In this document: piece by piece, positions 22,993-31,849 of the stretch | Numbering within the stretch: the stretch's first letter is position 1 | How the letters are laid out: each line of letters begins with the position of its first letter | NCBI GenBank assembly: GCA_963776245.1 | Contig: CAVZLN010000003.1 | Span: forward strand, 160,001-224,000 | From: Candidatus Eiseniibacteriota bacterium | GTDB taxonomy: Bacteria > Eisenbacteria > RBG-16-71-46 | Direction: 5' to 3' | Length of the DNA: 64,000 nucleotides | Notes under the pieces: model-generated | What the model was told of the DNA's origin: nothing | The model's database searches: none | Seen by the model: the letters and a program-made list of their open reading frames with translations, nothing else | Translations under genes and position numbers: made by a program

Positions 22993-23333
22993 GTGACTAC
23001 CTCCATCGTCGCAATGCATGGGCAATGCGAGGGCTTCCGAAGTACGGATTGCGAGCGAGGTGTCGCGGAAACAAATCGGCCGACGGGTCTCGATGCGATT
23101 CACACGAGAACGCCGACGGCAGACTGCTGCACGAGTACCGATCCCCCCTTTCCGCTGTCGTGCGTTGAACCCTGAGGCAGTTCGGGTCGCGCACGACACT
23201 GTGATTGCGCGTTGACTCGTACGGAGCCGGCACGATCAGAACGCCGCTGCCAGCGCACTGATACATGACGACCGCGGAACTCGAGGTGCATCTGGGGGTT
23301 TTCAAGACGCACCGACTACATCTCCACCCACAG

Positions 23334-23378
23334 AGGCTAGGCCCCTGACAGGGTTCTGTCAATCCGTTTTTTTGCTTT
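23334..23378 (-). promoter_or_regulatory. Near-consensus sigma70 promoter with A-tract UP element and overlapping palindrome
   Basis: Minus strand TTGACA (23362-23357)-N17-TAGCCT (23339-23334). Upstream AAAGCAAAAAAA. Inverted repeat TGACAG-N4-CTGTCA at 23346-23361. Confidence 0.8.
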
Positions 23379-23404
23379 GACTTGGCACGGCCGGGAGGCC
23401 GGCA

Positions 23405-24718
23405 TCACCCGATCCTGACGCGCCTTGCGCCGACCCGGTCCAGCCAGCGCAAGTCCTGACTGGCGACCAGCATCGGGGTGGAACGGGCGCGCCGGGCCAC
23501 TTCCCGGGCGGCGGCCTCGCGGCGGGCCGGGTCGAGCCCGGCGGTGGGCTCGTCGAGGAGCACCAGGTCGGCCGGGGCGAGCAGCACGCCGGCCAGTTGG
23601 ACCAGCCGTTTCTCCCCGCCCGAGAGCCCCCAGACGCGCCGCCCGGCCAGCCCGGAGGGGCAGCCGAGCGCCTCCAGCAGCCGGACCGCCCCGGCCACGG
23701 CCCGGTCCCGGGGCATCCCGCGCTGGAGCGCCGCCCATATCACCTCGTCCAGCACCCGCTCCTCGAAGATCTGGTGCTCCGGATACTGGGAGGCGAGCAG
23801 CGGCGGGGCCGACCACGGCGCCCGCCAGCGGGCCCGCACCTGTGCCAGCTCGAGCGCGCCCGCGGCCACCGCGAGGAGCACACTCTTGCCCGCGCCGTTG
23901 GGCCCCTCGATCGCGGTCACCCCACGGCCGACCACCTCGATCGCGCGCGCGGTGGCGACATCGACCCGCGGGCCATCCGCCGATCCCGGGGGCGCGATCT
24001 CCAAGCACATCAGGCTCGCGCCGTCGGCCCCGGCGGCGTCCGGCTCGGGTGGCAGGGCGGCCGCCTCCGGCTCGGCCCCCTCGGCACCCACCGCCAGCGT
24101 GCGGTGAGCGGCCGCCAGTTCCCGTTCGTCCTGGGTCACCCACACCAGCGCCATCCCCCGCGCGCACTCCTCGCGCAGCACGCCGAGCACCCGTCGCCGG
24201 GCCTCCGCGTCGAGGTGCGCGCCGGCTTCGTCCGCCACCAGCAGGCGCGGACGCACGGCCAGCGCCGCCCCGAGCACCACCATCTGCTGGCGCCCGGCCG
24301 AGAGGGTGTGCGGGTCGCGCGCCAGGTCGGGCCCGAGCCCGAGCGCCTCGGCGATGCGACGAGCCTCGCGGACCACCTCTTCCTCACCCCGGCCGAGGTT
24401 GCGCGCCGCCAGCGCCAATTCGTCGGCGACCGTCGCCTGGAGCAGCTGCACCGCCGGGTCCTGCAGCACCGCGGCCACACCCTCGCGCGCGCCGGGCGGC
24501 TGGCCCGGCACCAGGGCCGCGCCCTCGAACTCGACCGTGCCGCGGCGCGCCGGCCACAGCCCGGCCAGCACCAGCGCCAGGGTGGTCTTGCCACCGCCAT
24601 TGGGGCCGTGGAGGGCGACCCACTCGCCGGCCTCCACATCCAATGAGACGCCCCGGACCACCGGGTCCGGGGCTCCGGGAGGCGCGGCCCACACCTCGCG
24701 GGCGCGGAGCACGGTCAC
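23405..24718 (-). CDS. ECF-type (CbiO/EcfA-like) transporter ATPase with two fused ABC domains
   Basis: GTG 24718 overlaps the larC stop. Walker A GPNGGGKT and GPNGAGKS. LQDPAVQLLQATVADEL and SQYPEHQIFEERVLDEV (ECF Q-helix pattern). Signatures LSAGRQQ and LSGGEKR, Walker B LLDEPT. Confidence 0.85.
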   Translation of the reverse strand: MTVLRAREVWAAPPGAPDPVVRGVSLDVEAGEWVALHGPNGGGKTTLALVLAGLWPARRGTVEFEGAALVPGQPPGAREGVAAVLQDPAVQLLQATVADELALAARNLGRGEEEVVREARRIAEALGLGPDLARDPHTLSAGRQQMVVLGAALAVRPRLLVADEAGAHLDAEARRRVLGVLREECARGMALVWVTQDERELAAAHRTLAVGAEGAEPEAAALPPEPDAAGADGASLMCLEIAPPGSADGPRVDVATARAIEVVGRGVTAIEGPNGAGKSVLLAVAAGALELAQVRARWRAPWSAPPLLASQYPEHQIFEERVLDEVIWAALQRGMPRDRAVAGAVRLLEALGCPSGLAGRRVWGLSGGEKRLVQLAGVLLAPADLVLLDEPTAGLDPARREAAAREVARRARSTPMLVASQDLRWLDRVGARRVRIG

Positions 24719-25896
24719 GCGCCGCCGCCCCCCGCGCGCCAGGCGGCGAGCGCGGCGTCGGCGACCTCTCGCCACGGGCGGCCCGCCCGCTCGGCCGCGG
24801 CCCGCACCGACTCGAACTCGGGCACCGCGCGCTCCGCGCCGTCCGGCAGCGTCGCGACCTTGAGCGCCACCGCGCCGAACCGGGTCGCGACCTCCACCCC
24901 GCGTCGCGCCAGTTCGACCCGTTCCTCGTGGCGCACCCGCACGCCGAGCGTGCCGGTCTCGGTGAGCAGCATGCGGGCGAGCGCGTCGGCATCGGCCGGT
25001 TCGGCGATCACCACCACCCACATGCCGGGGCGTCCCTTCTTCATCAGAGTGGGCACCACCATGGCATCCAGGGCACCGGCGGCCAGCAGGCGCGGCAGCA
25101 GCGCCCCCACCACCTGGGGGCTCTCGTCGTCGAGCGCGGTCTCGAGCACCGCGACGGTGCGCCGGCCCAGCCCGGCCTCGCCGGCGCGCCCCACCATCAG
25201 CCGCAGCACGTTGGGTTGCTCGGCGAGGTCGCGTCCGCCGGCCCCCATGCCGACGCGCTCGAGGGTGTACACCGGGGGCGGGCCCCACGCGTCCACCAGC
25301 GTGGCGAGCAGGGCCGCGCCGGTGGGCGTGACCAGCTCGGCCTGCACCGCCGTGGGCGCGAGGGGCACGCCGCGCACCAGCAGCGCGGTGGCGGGCGCCG
25401 GCACCGGCATGCGGCCGTGCTCGCAGTCCACCGTGCCATTGCCGAGCGGGAGCGCCGAGGCGTACACGCGCTCGACGCCGAGCGCGGCGAGCCCGAGCAC
25501 CGTGCCCACCACGTCGACGAGCGCGTCCACCGCGCCCACCTCGTGGAAGTGCACCTGCTCGATGGTGCTGCCGTGAACGGTGGCCTCGGCCTCGGCGAGG
25601 CGGCGGAACACCGCCCGGGCCCGCTCGCGCACCGCTTCCGGCAGCTCGCCGGCGTCGATCATCGCCTCGAGGTGGCGCAGGTGCCGGTGGGGCTGCGTCC
25701 CCGCGGCGCTCACCTCGACGCGCGTCGCCTCGAGCGCGCCGCGGCGCGCGCGGCCCACGGTCACGCTCACCCCCGCGAGCCCGAGCCGCGCCGGGAGCGC
25801 CTCGAGCTCGGCCGCGGGCCAGCCCGCGGACACCAGCGCGGCCAGGCACATGTCGCCGCTCACCCCCGAGAAGCAGTCGAAATACGCGATGCGCAT
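24715..25896 (-). CDS. larC: Nickel-pincer cofactor biosynthesis nickel insertase LarC
   Basis: MRIAYFDCFSGVSGDM, VHFHEVGAVDALVD, HGRMPVPAPAT, ELVTPTGAA, MKKGRPG, ETGTLGVR, PEFES. Confidence 0.95.
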   Translation of the reverse strand: MRIAYFDCFSGVSGDMCLAALVSAGWPAAELEALPARLGLAGVSVTVGRARRGALEATRVEVSAAGTQPHRHLRHLEAMIDAGELPEAVRERARAVFRRLAEAEATVHGSTIEQVHFHEVGAVDALVDVVGTVLGLAALGVERVYASALPLGNGTVDCEHGRMPVPAPATALLVRGVPLAPTAVQAELVTPTGAALLATLVDAWGPPPVYTLERVGMGAGGRDLAEQPNVLRLMVGRAGEAGLGRRTVAVLETALDDESPQVVGALLPRLLAAGALDAMVVPTLMKKGRPGMWVVVIAEPADADALARMLLTETGTLGVRVRHEERVELARRGVEVATRFGAVALKVATLPDGAERAVPEFESVRAAAERAGRPWREVADAALAAWRAGGGGA

Positions 25897-25904
25897 CCGC
25901 TCTC

Positions 25905-26660
25905 CTATCGCCGCCCGCCCGCGGTGTTCACCAGGTGCGCGGCGTAGCCGGCCCCGAAGCCGTTGTCGATGTTCACCACGGTCACGCCGGCGGCGCACGA
26001 GTTGAGCATCGCGAGCAGCGGCGCGAGACCGCGGAAGTGGGCGCCGTATCCGACGCTGGTCGGCACCGCGATGAGCGGTCGGTCGGTGAGCCCGCCCACC
26101 ACGCTGGCGAGCGCGCCCTCGAGCCCCGCGACCACCACCAGCACGCGCGCGCCCCGCAGCTTCTCGCGGTGCGCCAGCAGCCGGTGCAGGCCGGCCACGC
26201 CGACATCGGCCACCAGTTCGGCGCGGCTGCCCATGGCGCGCGCGGTGACCAGCGCCTCCTCGGCCACCGGCAGGTCGGCGGTGCCGGCGCAGATCACCAC
26301 CACGCGGCCCACCGCGCGCGGCGCGCGACGGCGCACCACCACCGCGCGCGCGCGCTCCCACACCTCGGCCCGCGGGCAGGCCGCGCGCAGCGCCGCCTGC
26401 GCCTCGGCGCTGGCGCGCGTGACCAGCACCAGGCCGTGGCGCGCGTAGAGCCGCTGCACGATGGCGACGATCTGCGCCGGCGTCTTGCCCTGGCCGAACA
26501 CCACCTCGGGGAACCCGCCGCGCAGTGCGCGCTGGTGGTCGAGGGTGGCGAACTCGAGGCGTTCGAACGGCGCCTCGGCGATGGCGCGCGCCGCCTCGTC
26601 CACGCCCGCGGTGCCGCGGCGCACGCGGCCGAGCAGCCGCTTCAGCTCAGCCGGCCGCAT
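25905..26660 (-). CDS. larB: Nickel-pincer cofactor biosynthesis protein LarB (PurE-like)
   Basis: LDHQRALRGGFPEVVFGQGKT, AGTADLPVAEEA, DVGVAGLHRL, AVPTSVGYG, LNSCAAGVTVVNIDNGFGA. Confidence 0.95.
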   Translation of the reverse strand: MRPAELKRLLGRVRRGTAGVDEAARAIAEAPFERLEFATLDHQRALRGGFPEVVFGQGKTPAQIVAIVQRLYARHGLVLVTRASAEAQAALRAACPRAEVWERARAVVVRRRAPRAVGRVVVICAGTADLPVAEEALVTARAMGSRAELVADVGVAGLHRLLAHREKLRGARVLVVVAGLEGALASVVGGLTDRPLIAVPTSVGYGAHFRGLAPLLAMLNSCAAGVTVVNIDNGFGAGYAAHLVNTAGGRR

Positions 26661-27702
26661 GCGCGCCCTCCGCGCCGGGCGGCGGCGGGGCCGCCGCCAC
26701 GAACCGCTCCGCGCCGCCGTGCGCGAGCTCCCCGAGATAGGCGTGGAGCAGCGCGACCATCTCGTCCACCGATCCGGTCTGGTTCACCTGCTCGCGCACG
26801 CGGGCGCTGTGGGGCAGGCCCTTGATGTACCACGCCACGTGCTTGCGCATCTCGCGCGCGGCGGACGCGGGCCCCACCGCCTCGACCAGCATGCGCAGAT
26901 GGCGCACCCCGGCCTCGAGCCGCTCGGTCGCGGTGGGCGGCGGCAGCCGCTCGCCGCGCTCGTGGAACGCGCGCAGGCGCCGGAACACCCACGGATCGCC
27001 GAACGCCGCGCGCCCGATCATCACGCCGTCGCACCCGGTGGTCTCGAGCATGCGCAGCGCGTCCTCCGGCCCGCGCACGTCGCCGTTGCCGATCACCGGG
27101 ATCCCGACCGCCCGCTTGGCGGCGCCGATCAGGTCCCAGTGGGCGAGCCCCTCGAACTTCTCCGAGCGCGTGCGAGCGTGGATGGCGACCGCCGCCGCGC
27201 CCGCGTCCTCGAGGGCGCGGCTCACCTCGACCACGTTGGTCGAGGAGCCGTCCCAGCCGAGGCGGATCTTGGCGGTCACCGGCAGCGTGGAGGCCGCCCG
27301 CATCGCCGACACGATCGCCTGGATGCGCGGCACGTCCTGCAGCAGCGCCGCGCCCGCGCAGCGGTTCACCACCTTGCGCACCGGGCAGCCCATGTTGATG
27401 TCGATGAGGTCCGGCCGCCGCGCCTCGGGCAGCTCGCACAGCACCCGCGCGGCCTCGGCCATCACCGCGGGGTCGGACCCGAACAACTGGATGCCGATCG
27501 GGCGCTCCTCGGGGGCGAAGGCGAGGTAGTCGAAGGTGGCGCGCTGCCCGCGCACCAGCCCGTCGGAGGACACCATCTCGGTGAACACCGCGGCCGCGCC
27601 CTGCTCGCGCGCCAGGCGGCGGAACGGCGAGTCGCTCACCCCGGCGAGCGGGGCGAGCAGGAACGGGGACTCGAAGGTGACCGGACCGATGCGGAGTGGC
27701 AT
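26647..27702 (-). CDS. dusB: tRNA-dihydrouridine synthase DusB
   Basis: LAPLAGVSDSPFR, IQLFGSDP, IDINMGCPV, VTAKIRLGW, IHART, GNGDV, GVMIGRAAFGDPW. Confidence 0.93.
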   Translation of the reverse strand: MPLRIGPVTFESPFLLAPLAGVSDSPFRRLAREQGAAAVFTEMVSSDGLVRGQRATFDYLAFAPEERPIGIQLFGSDPAVMAEAARVLCELPEARRPDLIDINMGCPVRKVVNRCAGAALLQDVPRIQAIVSAMRAASTLPVTAKIRLGWDGSSTNVVEVSRALEDAGAAAVAIHARTRSEKFEGLAHWDLIGAAKRAVGIPVIGNGDVRGPEDALRMLETTGCDGVMIGRAAFGDPWVFRRLRAFHERGERLPPPTATERLEAGVRHLRMLVEAVGPASAAREMRKHVAWYIKGLPHSARVREQVNQTGSVDEMVALLHAYLGELAHGGAERFVAAAPPPPGAEGAHAAG

Positions 27703-27734
27703 GCGCGGTGGGATGTCCCGGGTGGTCGTGCGGT

Positions 27735-28403
27735 TCAGGCGCGCGGCGGTGACGTGGCGGGGCGGCGGCGCGCCCAGTCGGCGATGTCCGCGAAGGTCTC
27801 GAACGGCACCGCGGCGAGCGTCTCGCGCCGGCACCACTCGAGCAACCCGCGGTGGGCGAGGACCGCGTCCGCGACGCGGGCGCCGCAGCGGTCCGACAGG
27901 CCGTCCCCGACCATCACGGTGTGATAACCGAGGGCACGGTAGCGGCGCACGTGCTGCGCCTTGCAGTTGCCGCACTGCCGGCACCCGCCCTCGAAGTACG
28001 GGAACTCCGCGCGCACCCCGCCGCCCTCGAAGCTCAGGCGGTTGGCGGCGTACGGCAGCTCGCCGAGCCCGACGCGCTGGAGCTGGTCGCGCACGTAGAA
28101 GTCGAAGCCCTCGCTCACCACCATCACCGCGTCGCCGCGGCCGAGCGCCTCGCGGGCGAACGGGGGAAAGTGCTCGTCGACGCGGAAGCCGCGCGTGAAC
28201 TCGAGCGCCTCGGCCTCCCCGGCGCGCACGCCGGCGCACTGCGCCTCGGTGAGCGCCCGGTGGCCGATGCTGCCGGCGAACCAGCGGTCGAGCAGCGCCT
28301 GGTGGGCCGCGGCGTCCGCGGCCGAGAAGCGCCTCACGAACGCGGCGCCGATGTCGGACGGCGACACGGTGCCGTCGAAGTCGCACAGGTAGGCGTAGGG
28401 CAT
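27735..28403 (-). CDS. HAD-superfamily phosphatase, MtnX-like (subfamily IB)
   Basis: DFDGT motif I, VVSEG motif II, CRQCGNCK, GDGLSD motif IV. Confidence 0.85.
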   Translation of the reverse strand: MPYAYLCDFDGTVSPSDIGAAFVRRFSAADAAAHQALLDRWFAGSIGHRALTEAQCAGVRAGEAEALEFTRGFRVDEHFPPFAREALGRGDAVMVVSEGFDFYVRDQLQRVGLGELPYAANRLSFEGGGVRAEFPYFEGGCRQCGNCKAQHVRRYRALGYHTVMVGDGLSDRCGARVADAVLAHRGLLEWCRRETLAAVPFETFADIADWARRRPATSPPRA

Positions 28404-28405
28404 GC

Positions 28406-30040
28406 TCAGCGCGCGGCCGGGGCGGCGGTCCGCGCCGGTGCCGCCGCGAGCGGCGCGGTGGCGGGGGCGGGCAGCGCGGCGAACACGTCCCGCGCGGCGC
28501 GCGCGCGGCGCAGGACCTCGAGCGCGCGCTGGAACTGGGCGTCGCCCTCGAGCGCGACGCGCGCGCCGCCGGCGTCGCCCTCCAGCCGGCGCGCCAGCTC
28601 GCGGCGCAGCGCACGCTCGAGCAGCGGGCGCTGCGGGCCGAGCGCGGCGGCGGCGACCGCCGCCTTCTGTTCGCGCAGATAGCCCTCGAACGCGGCCCGC
28701 ATGCCGTCGTCCACGGCGACCCGCGCGCCGGGATGGGTGTCCACCCAGTGGTTCGCGAACTTGAGCGCCAGCCCGCGGCGCTCGACATCGACCGCGAGCG
28801 GCGGGAGCGAGTCCTGCGACACCGCCAGGTCGGGGGTGATGCCGCCCCCGCCGTACACCGTGCGCCCCGCGCGGGTGCGGAACCGCGGACGCTCGGACGC
28901 CGGGCTGGAGTCGGCTGCCGCGCCGTGCGGGTCCTCGCCCTCGCTGTCGCCCCGTTCAGCGGCGGCGGAGTCCGCCGACTTCACGCCGCGGTGGATCGAG
29001 CGCCCGCTCGGGGTGTAGTAGAGCGCGGTGGTGAGCTTGATCGCGCCGCTCCGCCCGGGCAGCGGGAACACGCTCTGCACCGAGCCCTTGCCGAACGAGT
29101 CGTGCCCGATCACCAGCGCGCGGTCGAGGTCCTGCAGCGCGCCCGCCACGATCTCCGCGGCCGAGGCGCTGCCCTCGTCCACCAGCACCACCAGCGGCGA
29201 GCTGACGTCGGGCTTCGCCTCGCTCGCGGTGTAGCGGACGTCCGAGCCCTTGACCCGGCCCTGCGTGTACACGATGAGCGAGCCCCGGGGCACGAACTGC
29301 TCCGTGACGTCCACCGCCTGGTCGAGCAGGCCGCCGGGATCGAAGCGCAGGTCGAGCACCAGCGACTTCGCGCCCTGGCGGCGCAGGCCGGCGAGCGCCT
29401 CGCGCACCTCGGCCCCCGAGGTCTCGGAGAAGTTCGCGAGACGCAGGTAGCCCACCCCCGGCTCGGGCAGGAACGCGTAGGGGACGCTCCGAGTGTGGAT
29501 GACGGCGCGCGTGAGCGTGAACTCGCGCTCGGCCGGCTCGCCCTCGCGGTCCACCGTGAGGCTCACCCGCGTGCCGGCGGCGCCGCGCAGCAGATCGGCC
29601 ACGTCCTCGACCGTGAGCCCCGCGGTGCTGCGGCCCTCGACCCGCACGATCACGTCGCCCGAGCGCAGGCCCGCCTCCCACGCCGGCGTGCCCTCGATGG
29701 GCGAGATCACGGTGGGGAAGTCGTCGCGGATGCCGACCATCACGCCGATGCCGCCGAACTTGCCCTCGGCGGTGCTCTGCAGGCTCGCGAACGCCTTGGA
29801 GTCGAGGTACTGCGAGTAGGGATCGAGGTCGCGCAGCATGCCGCGCAACGCGCCCGCGATGAGTTTCTCGGGCTCCACCGGGTCGACGTAGTTCTGGTCC
29901 ACCTTCTGGAGCACCTCGATGAACAGGTCGAGGTTGCCATACAGCCCGCCCGCGGCGCCGCCCCGGCCGACCCACCAGCCGAGCACGAAGAGCAGCACGA
30001 ACAGCGCGACGAACAGGGCGTTGCGACGGATCACGGGCAC
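28406..30040 (-). CDS. ctpA: S41 carboxyl-terminal processing protease (PDZ plus peptidase)
   Basis: LDPYSQY, FGGIG, PDZ domain, VLDLRFDPGGLL, SASAAEIVAGALQD (Ser), SFGKGSVQ (Lys), YYTPSGRSI, GGGITPD. Confidence 0.92.
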   Translation of the reverse strand: MPVIRRNALFVALFVLLFVLGWWVGRGGAAGGLYGNLDLFIEVLQKVDQNYVDPVEPEKLIAGALRGMLRDLDPYSQYLDSKAFASLQSTAEGKFGGIGVMVGIRDDFPTVISPIEGTPAWEAGLRSGDVIVRVEGRSTAGLTVEDVADLLRGAAGTRVSLTVDREGEPAEREFTLTRAVIHTRSVPYAFLPEPGVGYLRLANFSETSGAEVREALAGLRRQGAKSLVLDLRFDPGGLLDQAVDVTEQFVPRGSLIVYTQGRVKGSDVRYTASEAKPDVSSPLVVLVDEGSASAAEIVAGALQDLDRALVIGHDSFGKGSVQSVFPLPGRSGAIKLTTALYYTPSGRSIHRGVKSADSAAAERGDSEGEDPHGAAADSSPASERPRFRTRAGRTVYGGGGITPDLAVSQDSLPPLAVDVERRGLALKFANHWVDTHPGARVAVDDGMRAAFEGYLREQKAAVAAAALGPQRPLLERALRRELARRLEGDAGGARVALEGDAQFQRALEVLRRARAARDVFAALPAPATAPLAAAPARTAAPAAR

Positions 30041-30113
30041 TCCCGAGTGTGGCGCGATGGCTCCGGGCGCCGACCGCCGGGGCGGCGAGACGCATGGCCG
30101 GGGAGCGCGGGCG

Positions 30114-30122
30114 ACTATAGCA
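30114..30122 (-). promoter_or_regulatory. Putative extended -10 promoter element upstream of ctpA
   Basis: Minus strand TGCTATAGT about 74 nt upstream of the GTG start. No clear -35. Confidence 0.45.
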
Positions 30123-30169
30123 CAGCGCCCCGCGCCGCCGGCCGCGACCGTGGGAGCCGGACGGCGCGG

Positions 30170-31849
30170 TCAGCGCGGCGCGGGAGCGGGCGCCAGCCCC
30201 GCGGCGGCGCTCACCATCCGGTCGACCGCGTCCGCGGTGATCGCCACGTCCGGGGGGAGCGGGCCCAGGCGCGCGCGCGCTCGAGAGCAGCTGCGCGCGG
30301 CCGGCAGCTCGCCCGCGGACAGCCACGCCTGGCTCGCGAACAGCAGGTGGCGCGGATTGGGGAGCACCGCGCTGGCGCGCTCGAAGCAGCGGGCGGCGGC
30401 CGCGAAGTCGCGCCGACCGCGGCACGGTAGCCGAGGAACACCAGCGTCTGGTTGTGCTGCTCGGCCGGCGGGCCGAAGCGACCGTCCACCAGCGCCCACG
30501 CCGCGCCGCTCGCCCGCCGCGACGTCGGCGTTGACCGCGATCCAGCCGCCCGCCTGGAGCACCAGCAGCGGCAGGATGACCGCCAGCGCCGCGCGTGCCC
30601 GCGGCACCGGCGCGGCGGCGATGCAGCGAAGCAGCCGCCGCGCTCGCCAGCAGCGCCGGGCAGCGCCGCCAGGTCCCAGTCGCGCAGCGCGCCCATGCCA
30701 TGCGGCGCGACCGGGAACAGCATCGCCAGCGGGAGCAGCGGGCACGAACACGGCGAGCGCGAGCACGCCGCGCGGCGAGCGCGCGAACGCGGCCCCGACC
30801 GCGCGCCCCGCGGCCAGCGGCGCGAGCAGGGCGAGCGGCAGCGCGAGCGTCACCAGGCCGGCGAGGTCCCACGCCGGCGTGAGCCGCAGCGCGCGCGGGT
30901 CGAGCAGGCTGCGCGCCAGGTCGCTCGACGTCGCGGCCCAGCCCGGCCCCGCCGGTGAGCGCCCCGAGCGCCAGCGCGCCGACCGCGAACGCGAGCGTGC
31001 AGGACACGTGCAGCCGGCGGACCGCCGGGCGGTCGCCCGCGAACGCCGGGCCCGAGCCCGCGCCACGCCTGCGCCACGAGCAGCACCAGCGCCACGCGGT
31101 GGGTGGCGAGGAGCTCCAGCCACAGTGCCGCGGAGAGCATCGCGTCGCGCGGGCGGGCCAGCGGACGCGCGAGCGCCCACCACCACCACGCGCCGACCGC
31201 GAGCGCCAGCGCCCACACCTCGGCGTAGCCGGCGTACGCCTGGAGCGTGCCCGCCAGCACCAGCGCCAGCGCCAGCGGGGTGTGCAGCGCGGGCGGCGCC
31301 ACGTCCGCGACGATACGCTGCACGGCGGCGAAGTAGACCAGGAACAGCATCAGGCCGATCAGCGCCACCCCGGTGGCGATCGGGATCCCGAACCGCGCGA
31401 GCGGCAGCACGCCGGTGACGTTCGACCAGGCGTCGAGCGGCTGCGCGTGCAGGAAGCGGGCGAAGGCGCCGAAGTCCCAGCGCGCCCGCGCCGCGGCTCG
31501 CCAGCGACTCGAGCGCTCGCATCCGCAGCTCGGTGTCGCCGATCAGATGGAGCCGCTCGCGCAGCGGGAACGCCAGCGCCAGCGCGAGCGCGATCGCGAG
31601 CGGCCACGCCGCCCGGCGCGCGCGGAGCGCGAGTGGCGCCACCAGCGCCGCGGCGGCGACCAGCAGCCAGGGCCACCGCGGGCGCCACCGAGCGCAGGCC
31701 GTTCGAGCGCCCACACCCGGTTCGAGGCGGGCGGCGCCAGCAGCGAGCACCGCGAGCCACGCCACCGCGACCGCGAGCAGCGCGCGCGGCACGCGCGCCG
31801 CGTCCCCGGTGGCCGGCAGGGCTCCCGGCGCCCGCGCCCCGGTGCTCAC
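30170..31849 (-). pseudogene. Multi-pass membrane protein (GT-C glycosyltransferase-like, C-terminal TPR) broken by several frameshifts
   Basis: Hydrophobic protein-like segments are spread over three frames: ORF 30170..32209 (LHLIGDTELR, LALAVFVPAA, ALAVILPLLVLQ, AAARCFERA), 30850..31410 (LAGTLQAYAGYAEVWAL) and 30211..30723 (MGALRDWDL, LVFLGYRA). GTG 31849 overlaps the tmk stop. The indels may be sequencing errors. Confidence 0.6.

Noticed and set aside
22993..23327. Known riboswitch (c-di-GMP-I, cobalamin, TPP, SAM) or small ORFs in the leader
   Set aside because: I could not find their conserved cores by eye, and the short ORFs lack RBS or protein-like composition. It is kept only as an unclassified structured leader.
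23383..23397. TGGCACG resembling a sigma54 -24 box
   Set aside because: There is no TTGC at the -12 position and it points antisense into the ATPase gene.
18547..23400. Lower-GC stretch as a horizontally acquired island or prophage
   Set aside because: There is no integrase, transposase, tRNA, phage gene or flanking direct repeat. The shift follows one gene and its leader, and its CTD resembles that of the high-GC subtilase nearby.
27735..28403. Calling the HAD phosphatase mtnX (methionine salvage) or the PIP phosphatase
   Set aside because: No other mtn genes are nearby and nothing shows its substrate, so it is left as MtnX-like.
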